Of a stretch of 64,000 nt of DNA, positions 57,301 to 64,000 are shown one piece after another. Origin of the DNA: Lingula anatina. Its lineage: Eukaryota; Animalia; Brachiopoda. The notes beneath the pieces were generated by a model. That model made no database searches. It saw nothing but the letters and a program-made list of their open reading frames with translations, and had not been told where the DNA came from. The stretch is from the NCBI GenBank assembly GCA_051362555.1, contig CM120645.1, positions 8,804,001 through 8,868,000 on the forward strand, given 5' to 3'. How positions within the stretch are numbered: position 1 is the stretch's first letter; each line of letters begins with the position of its first letter. The position numbers and the translations under genes were made by a program.

Positions 57301-58633
57301 TGTATCCTACTGCCATACTACACACGGGTCTGTAGCCAGTAGTTTCAAAGATGAGAGGTTTATATTTTTTTTGCAAACATTTTTACCATGAAGACATCAG
57401 ACTTAGGCTTCGTTCATATGGAATGTCTATTTTCTAAAAATCTATTTTCTATTCGCGGCATCTTATGATCACGGTCTGTGCCCTGAATATCCCGCGGCGT
57501 AATTACTGGCAGCGCGAACCAGTTACTTATAGTAACTTATGGTAACTGGCTTGCGCTGCCAGTAACTACGCCGCGGGATATTCAGGGCACAGACCGTGAT
57601 CATAAGACATACCGCGAATAGAAAATAGAATTTAAAAAATAGACATTCCATGTGAATGAAGCCTTAAAATGTACAATGTAGAGCAGACCTTTTCCCAGCC
57701 TAAAGACCATTGAACTTTTCAAAGCATCAAACTTTTTTGTTTACAGGCCTGATTCTAATACAAGTAGTTGTAATTGATCATTTTGGTACATGTAAGTTTT
57801 TAAGTTTTCATTTTAATTTGTATTGCATACAGTGTGTACTGAGGCGAATGTAAAGTTTGGAGTAAAAAAAGTATTTATTACCTCTGCCAAGGAGGTTATG
57901 TTTTCAACCCTGCTTGTCTGTCTGTCTGTTTGTTTGTCATCAACATAACTCTAAAAGTTATGGACCGATTTTGATGAAATTTTCAGGGTAGGTGGGAAAT
58001 GGGTTAACTTAGAAGTGATTAGTTTTTGGTGGTGATCCGGATCAATAAAAATCAAGAATCAATAAAAATGAAAAATCGCTGCCATGGCGGAGGTCTGCGC
58101 TCTTGGAGTGCTTTTCTAGTTATTATTATAAAATTAATAATAATTATTATTATTTCCAGGGTGAGGAGATTCTGTCCCAGGTCTCGGAGGCAGACACTGC
58201 CAATGCAGGAGATGATACAGAAAATGATGCTGACAGCTTACCTGAGGATGAGGATGATGATGAGAGTGAAGTAGTAAGGATGCTCTCTGCCCCCCTTTCT
58301 CTCTCTCTCTCTCTCTTTCTTACACACACATACACATTCTCTCTTTTTCTCCTTCTCTCTCTCCCTCTCTTCACATGCTTATGTATTGGTGAGTGTGTTT
58401 CTCAAAAAGTCCAAAGAATGCCAACTGAATGTCGTAGAACAGAAAAAGGATAAAATGTACTTGTACTAGTATATGATTAACATTGTTTACAAATCGGGGG
58501 GGAAATAAGCAATGCCATTTTTGACAAACTTGTTCGATTTTCATATACATTTTTTTTTTAATTTCAGGAACTGGAGAGCAATGCTAGTAATGAGAAAGAA
58601 GAAGAAGAAGAGTCTTATAGTGAACAATATTAG
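33075..58633 (+). CDS. FANCD2: Fanconi anemia group D2 protein (41 coding exons, ~1442 aa)
   Basis: Exons: 33075-33129, 33536-33655, 34006-34073, 34327-34379, 34794-34905, 35065-35120, 35647-35734, 36265-36389, 36850-36937, 37249-37448, 37851-37956, 38285-38464, 38830-38964, 39443-39574, 39814-39921, 40315-40364, 40734-40793, 41024-41207, 41518-41594, 41890-42033, 42357-42457, 43165-43280, 43924-44032, 44277-44388, 44630-44702, 45966-46048, 46419-46500, 51070-51186, 51692-51820, 52322-52440, 52953-53066, 53674-53801, 53970-54069, 54596-54718, 54963-55056, 55445-55516, 56048-56086, 56405-56554, 57026-57172, 58160-58273, 58568-58633. The sum is 4329 nt and phases are consistent. Recognisable FANCD2 motifs: [60 protein letters not shown] and the acidic tail. 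AATAAA at 58765. Confidence 0.96.
38927..39420 (+). repeat. 59-bp tandem repeat spanning a FANCD2 donor site, with degenerate copies filling the intron
   Basis: gacatgcttttgtcacatttgacacttactgtcaacaggtatattacactgtcatctct occurs exactly twice (38927, 38986). Decayed tgtcacatttgac/actgtcaa units continue to ~39420. Confidence 0.9.
42107..42254. repeat. (CA)n microsatellite with repeated ccctgacaagta spacer
   Basis: Directly visible. Confidence 0.9.
45327..45800 (-). mobile_element. 3' end of L2/CR1-group LINE in FANCD2 intron
   Basis: [18 protein letters not shown]…[10 protein letters not shown] is the typical CR1/L2 ORF2 C-terminus. A short 3' UTR ends …GTGCGGTTTTAAGAAATAAAT followed by an (ATT)n tail. 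Confidence 0.85.
47913..49001 (-). CDS. Intronless uncharacterised basic Ser/Lys/Arg-rich protein (362 aa) nested antisense in FANCD2 intron
   Basis: A 1089-nt ORF, visibly more GC-rich than the surrounding intron. There is an in-frame TGA 9 nt upstream and an AACATG start context. No transposon motifs. It lies wholly within intron 46501-51069. Confidence 0.8.
   Translation of the reverse strand: MPPKKERPSVSSSRVQHAWRLNNYEEGRLQSRLSNIEKQITYWMKGVDLDSQKEGTGKEPIVRIPRTVRRDAWLGLKNPFSLSQMNMPKPCTREIQKQLNQGRMRRSSSVKSDQGSSSASHERNSTVAHTLRRIRVARSQSAPATTSLTMSKDGANRGTILKGHDPKQQPANETPTMENDRPKTTNLLGKYANMMQRLQALRRLAKEKMDKELKEPKCVKVTCSKKSSTGQPRSPTRVHFADERSVSHAGFTNKEMEHSSAEEDTMESCSSGKKPLCSRPKSVPPSVLAKHFHLDSSDLPSLSQTLPKTKKELMVINEKRLTMIDGKLDDFKKKYPLPSSLEIELPSTAKKNETEGVTVSVL
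54085..54200 (+). mobile_element. Degenerate HINE/Helentron-like fragment
   Basis: attacttctcc…ggtcatgtgttt…gtttgtctgtttgtttg…attttgacaaaatt resembles the element at 57875-58121. Confidence 0.4.
55705..55830. repeat. Intronic inverted repeat (37-bp arms)
   Basis: taatcccctgatggtctccctgcctccacatgtgcca pairs with tggcatgtgtggagggagggaagccatcaggagatta (31/37 Watson-Crick). Confidence 0.8.
57406..57663. mobile_element. Near-perfect 258-bp palindromic MITE (PIF/Harbinger/Tourist-like)
   Basis: Begins GGCTTCGTTCATATGG and ends CCATGTGAATGAAGCC, with TTA duplicated on both sides. The arms pair over ~120 bp. Confidence 0.9.
57875..58121 (+). mobile_element. Non-autonomous Helentron (HINE/DINE-1-like)
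   Basis: 5' TTATTACCTCTGCCAAGGAGG, a (GTCT/GTTT)n microsatellite, 3' subterminal inverted repeat TGGCGGAGGT, a short hairpin, and a CTAGTT end in T-rich context. Confidence 0.8.
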
Positions 58634-60719
58634 CCACTCTTTCTGTCACACAGACTGAGAGCCATTTTTTGTGCATTGGACTGTATCTAGTACACTACAA
58701 TATGCTATTCATACATGATGAAAAGTTAGCAAACTTCAAAGTAGATTACTACGTGGACATTTCTAATAAATACTTAAAAGAATATTACAGTAGGTACACT
58801 ATAGCTAATAAGTCCCCGGTCACTTTAATAGCACACGCTGTCTACATCAGACGCGCTAATGCGCACGTCCCCGACAGAGTTAATGATAGGGGGATTACGA
58901 TGGACAGCGCATGTTGCTCACAGCAGTAGGCACTGCCGCCGAAGTTAAACCGGTAATTAAGTCTTTAACTTGACTAAACATGTTTTGCTTTGTAACTTGC
59001 GTCCTTCAGTCTTGCTGTTGCGGAAGCGCCGGCGGGACATATCTCCACCTTGCCGATATTTATCCCGACTCTCGACTTTAAAAGTATTATTTGTTTTGAT
59101 TTTATCAAAGTCTTATTATATCAGAAAACCTGCATATTTTCATACGTTAAGAGAATTATAGAAACTGTAGAAAAAGCTACTCGTACATCAGGGATAAAAA
59201 ACAACACCTTGCAGCACTATTACCTATTATTCATCACAAGAAGTTACTGTTTCACTTTTTTCTCCCAAATTACAAAGTCTGATGACAACTGAAAGCCTTT
59301 AGCCATACCTCAGGGCAGTGGGAGATAGTCTGGATTTGATTAAATGTAATAAAAGTATATTTTGAAGAATTTTCCTAGCCTTCGGCAATTTCCGCAAAGC
59401 TTCGGCATGCGCGGCAATACAGAGCTGTCGATATCTGCATGCGTGAACAATAGAATTGGTGGAACAACGGTTAACGTCGTTGAGTCTCTGCAACCTATCC
59501 GACGGGAGTTCGTGTTCCTGTTGGTACTTTTGAAGATTTTGAAATTGTCATTATTAAAAAATATCTATTAATATATAAAACAGTCGTGGCTAATTGTATT
59601 TGCAACGGAAAGCACAGTAGGGAGGTTTGTTGTTATTGTTAAAGTTATTATTACTGGGGACATAAATTAGTATGCTAATCTCTTATCATGGTATAATGAT
59701 TGATACGATGGGTATCAAATAGTTTTCCTTTGATATAAACAACAAAAGAGCGGCCTTCCAAATATCTTTGCTGAATGTTTATAACGTAGGTACTATTATG
59801 CGCAAAAATATTGATACATGACGCAAACGCAATTAATAATTTTGGTAATATCAATTTTAATTAAAATTAAATTTAATTGAAATTAAAATGAAAATTTGTC
59901 TAAACGTGCATATTACCATTCACCTTGTTTAAAGGGTTCGCAACACTTTACATTCTAATACATCTTGCCAATTTTCATGTTTGCTAGTTTATTTTGATTT
60001 GAGAGAAAGCGAGAGAAGACCCTCTACTAGGGCCGCAAATTAATTATGAGTATTTTTCTTCAGTGCAAGAGACTGTGTAATGAAAAATCAATCTGTAACT
60101 CTGGTATAGGGTGGCCTTGTGTGTGTAATAATATACAAGTAGGGGCAGGGGTACAGTTTTATAGTACAAATAGTCATTTTATACATCTTATTGATCTCAT
60201 CGTCGGGTCATTGTTTACAATAGCGCTTTGTCGCTGTGCGTACCTTTTTGCATTTGAGTTAGACTCAGTCAGTAACAGCTGGTGATTTTGTCTTTTTTGC
60301 GTTTCATTGACAATATTTTGGCCACTTAAGTAGGGAAATGTGGCTCTTTGTTTTGAAATGACATTTCCATTGTTCCTTTGAACACGCAAAAGTCAACAGA
60401 CTTACGTCAACATACTTACTTTGTAATAACAACCCAGGGGAAGAAACAAAAGCCTCATAAGGTGTCGTCATTCACACTGTAAAAGGTGTTAATTTCATGC
60501 TTCTATTGTTTGCCCATGAATCATTATGACAAATTTGTAGGGTTGCCAGATCACTGGCGCTTCATTCAATTCTCTATATCTGCCCTGCAGCCTGGGATGA
60601 GTGATACTTGACTGACCTTTGTTTACATCTGGAGATTTTCTTTATAATTCGATCAGTGTGCATAAATTATGATATTTTCCATCGGGAAAAATACGTGATA
60701 ATGTTACGATTCTTATTTT

Positions 60720-61790
60720 ACGGATACATAATTACAAAAATTAATTCCTGATTTAATACCCCCTATTTCAGCGCCTATTCCTGGCTGCGTTAATTATGGG
60801 GGTTGGAAAGTAATCCGTTAGAACGCAGGAGTGATGATTGCTACTCTTACCAACGGTGCATCACCGATCAACTAATCTCAGCCACCTGAAGCAGAATCAC
60901 CAACAAAAGACAAATTGGACTACATCTGCCTTCTTGTTGAGACATCTTATGTAAAAAAAGGCGATAACGGTCAAAACATACGTGCTTCGTGGTTTATTAA
61001 ATGTTCATCGTATTTTTTCGTTCATTATTCTTATGAGTTAAGCAGCTTCACCTCCGTGACACCCTTTTTATTTATTTAAACCATTGTTAGATAAACCATG
61101 GGTTTCACTCCAGATTTCACGATCGAACAGCTGATCATGAGGAGAGTGTAGCATGCTATAGTAAACTACCCCAAATATATATACAACACCTCCAGGGTTT
61201 CACGATCGAGCAAGTGATCATGAGGAGAGAGTGTAGCAGAGAACTTCATTAATGGTCGTCATAATTGGTGGTTGCCTTGGGAAAATGAGTTACATGATTA
61301 CATAATACAGATACATAATAACATAAGATTAATACTAAAATTTTCCCTGATACAAAAACCCCTATTTGAGCGCTTATTCCTGACTGCGTTAATTACGGGT
61401 GATTAGAAAGTAATCTATGAGGACGCAGGAGCGATGATTGCTACTCTTACCAACGGTAAATCACGGTTCACCGATTTACTTGACTCCGCTACTTCGAGCA
61501 AAATCACCACCAAAAGACATATTAGACCACGTTCGTCCTCTTATTAAAACAAAGAATGTAAAAATGTGATGTCGGTCAAAGAAGAGGACTAGACTACGTG
61601 CTTCATGGTTTATTACATAGGCCTATTCATTGGATTTTTTTAGTTCATTATTATAGCTTCACCTCGCGAGACCCTTTTTTATATATTTAAAACACAGCAC
61701 CCCACTGGTTTCGCGATCATGAAGAAAGGGAGTGTAGCAAAGAACCTCATTAATGGTCGTGATAATAGGTGGTTGCATTGTAGGTCTAAC
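60720..61790 (+). repeat. Diverged ~590-bp tandem duplication
   Basis: Blocks cccctattt..gcgc.tattcctg.ctgcgttaatta, acgcaggag.gatgattgctactcttaccaacggt and tacgtgcttc.tggtttatta occur in both 60720-61200 and 61310-61790. gagtgtagca.agaac.tcattaatggtcgt occurs at ~61230 and ~61730. Confidence 0.85.
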
Positions 61791-62716
61791 CTTGTTCATT
61801 TTAGTCGACAGACTAAGCTAGAAGAAAGAACAGATCATTATCGCCTCTCTTTACTTAGGAACAATAAGGATGGCTAGTGGCAGCATTTATAAGTTCTTTA
61901 TTTAGAAACTTTCCGATCCTTTGTCTGGGACTGCGTCCGAGAAACGGCGATAACGACAGAGACGTCCTCGAACATTTTTGGACTCAGTGCAAATAAAAAA
62001 AAATCCGTTAAGAAGTAGCCTTTAAATGTCCCGGCAAATAACTTTGCGATGGCTCAGAGAGTTCTAGAATGAATGACAAGCAACGACATTAGGGTTAATA
62101 ATAGACTAAAAACTATCAGAGTGTAGGCCTGTCTTAGGCCTACTTCATTTCTAAGGCCATCTTGTGATACGAGTCATGCTACACTATGATTTAATACAGG
62201 GATACCATCGATAGTATATCAATAGAAAATCGCAATCCTCAAATGTTTTTTAATTCATTAAATATAAACGGTCTTTTCTCGTACAATGGGTCTGGTATAG
62301 TTGTATTGGCCTATCAGTTGGAAACACGTGGTTCGTCTACAATTGCAAATGGCGGAGGTGCCGTGGTAGTTATTGTCGTAAAATTAGCTGGATACGGTGC
62401 ACGTGAGAAAATTATTCATTAAATTTAGTTTTCGAGCGTCAGCTTAATCTGGTAATATGCGAGACGAAAAAAAATCATAGATAGAGCCTTATGACCCACT
62501 GTAGAATGATGCCGAATAATACATCAACGACGTAGTTTATCGGCAGATAAACGTGTTTCCATTCTCGGCTGACTGAGGAAAGTTTTGAGAGAGCATTTAA
62601 AGAAGAGGCGGTCGAACCAATAGTGAGTAGGAAGTGTGCTGCAATCAAGACGAACAATACCGATCATAAGTGGACAGCTAATAACCCCTAATTAAGCCCG
62701 GGTTACGCGCTGCTGT

Positions 62717-62870
62717 GTTGACTCCTTGCTGGGGAGCGGGAGCGGCCTCCTACTGCTGTGAGTAATCACGCATTGTCTTCTAACCTGCGGCTTAGTTGAC
62801 TCCTTGCTGGGAAGGGGTAGCGGCCTCCTACTGCTGTGCGTATTCAAACATTGTCTTCTAACATACGGCT
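62717..62870 (+). repeat. 79-bp tandem dimer
   Basis: gttgactccttgctggg…agcggcctcctactgctgtg…cattgtcttctaac occurs twice. Confidence 0.9.
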
Positions 62871-64000
62871 ACACGACGGTTGCATTGTATTAATAAAGTA
62901 ATACCTATTCATAAGGAAGGGGGCGGATGGTAATTTTACGAGAATTAAATCAGTTACCGATCATACGCGTACCAATAGTCGTGTTTTTTTTTAGCTATAC
63001 GGTACATGTAGTAAATAAAAATGTATATATTAGCTTGATTCTTGTTTAAAAATCAAAACATGGAAAATGACATTTGCTCATTTTCTAAATGACTTCACAG
63101 CTTTTATAACTTTTGCTTTTTAAAGTTTGGATAAGTCCAAAAATATGTAACAAATAAAATCATAGCAATACACATTTGTTTTGTTTAAAATGTTTGTTGA
63201 AATAGATAATTAAACAATTGGTGAACACTAAATCTTAAAAAGAAAAAAGATTCAATCTATTTGTAAAATCCAAAATGACTCTTTAGTGATATAAATGAAA
63301 ACAAAGTAAATAGATACCATTAGCTACGAATATACAGTGCCTCCTTTTGCCTTATGTTATGTTCATGATTCTGAAGGATCTACAGGACCTGGTACATTAT
63401 TGTACTGCGGGACGCATCAGCCACAGCGCAAACTACTGTACTAAATTTGATGATAATAATGTAAAATAATAATGTTAATTTTGCTACCAGTAGTTTAAAC
63501 AAAAGGGTGTGTCTATATTACCCTTCATTTTGGCCACTTCACAACGATCCTTCTGCATCGACAGGAGGTCAGAGCCATGTTCTGGGATTAAGTTAAAAAA
63601 TGCACTTTAGAGCATTCTTCAGTGTACTGATATCTCAATTATTCCTCTCGCTTGACTCTGTTCATTCTTAACCAGGTATAGGGTACTACGAGTAGTACAC
63701 GTATGTCACTGGGAAGGTTCAAAATGGAGGCCTAGGTGGTACAGGTACATGTACTGTACATGTATATATGGCATAGTGTTCTGTGGTGCAAGCACTACAT
63801 ATACATTAAAATTTGCATAGCAGCACATGTATTTACTGTTCAAAATAATGCTGATATTTTTTCTGCAAAGATGAGCTATTTCTGTCGTTCAATATTACTA
63901 TGTATGGATAAAATAAAAATGGACCACATAGGATGCTTAAATCCGAAATTCAAAAACAATATCCGCCTTGTCGCACGTGTAGTTGTTTACATTTATTTAC

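Noticed and set aside
60830-60890. Possible C/D-box snoRNA (GTGATGA…CTGA; ttgctactcttaccaa loosely complementary to 28S rRNA)
   Set aside because: The complementarity is imperfect and not adjacent to a D/D' box. The duplicate copy lacks intact boxes, and there is no terminal stem or evident host intron.
59000-64000. Short ORFs and promoter-like words (CGGAAG, GCATGCGC, AAATGGCGG)
   Set aside because: I could not assemble a coherent exon chain or protein motif.

Overview
This is AT-rich, intron-rich animal genomic DNA. The taxon is probably an invertebrate such as a mollusc or other lophotrochozoan, but that is an impression only. The left half (2-31 kb) holds four genes with signal peptides. 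The first is a two-exon Gln/Gly/Ser/Met-rich protein with an 8-Cys C-terminal domain. The second is a five-exon lipocalin. The other two are tandem minus-strand paralogs: signal peptide, Cys-rich TIL/EGF-like module, 15- and 21-nt micro-exons, then a single-exon domain matching the bacterial PPC-like 'TC..DT.L...NDD..C...G.Y.I.V.G' pattern. Degraded RTE and L1/Tx1 LINE pieces, palindromic MITEs and a ~6-7 kb tandem duplication lie among them. The right half (32.5-58.8 kb) is a complete FANCD2 gene. I reconstructed it by hand as 41 coding exons and about 1442 aa, with the ubiquitinated lysine motif [12 protein letters not shown] intact. An intronless 362-aa antisense gene is nested in its largest intron. 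FANCD2 also has one GC-AG intron, a spliced uORF and four local duplications that copy exon/intron boundaries. All gene models were assembled by eye from splice signals and phase; no database searches were run.
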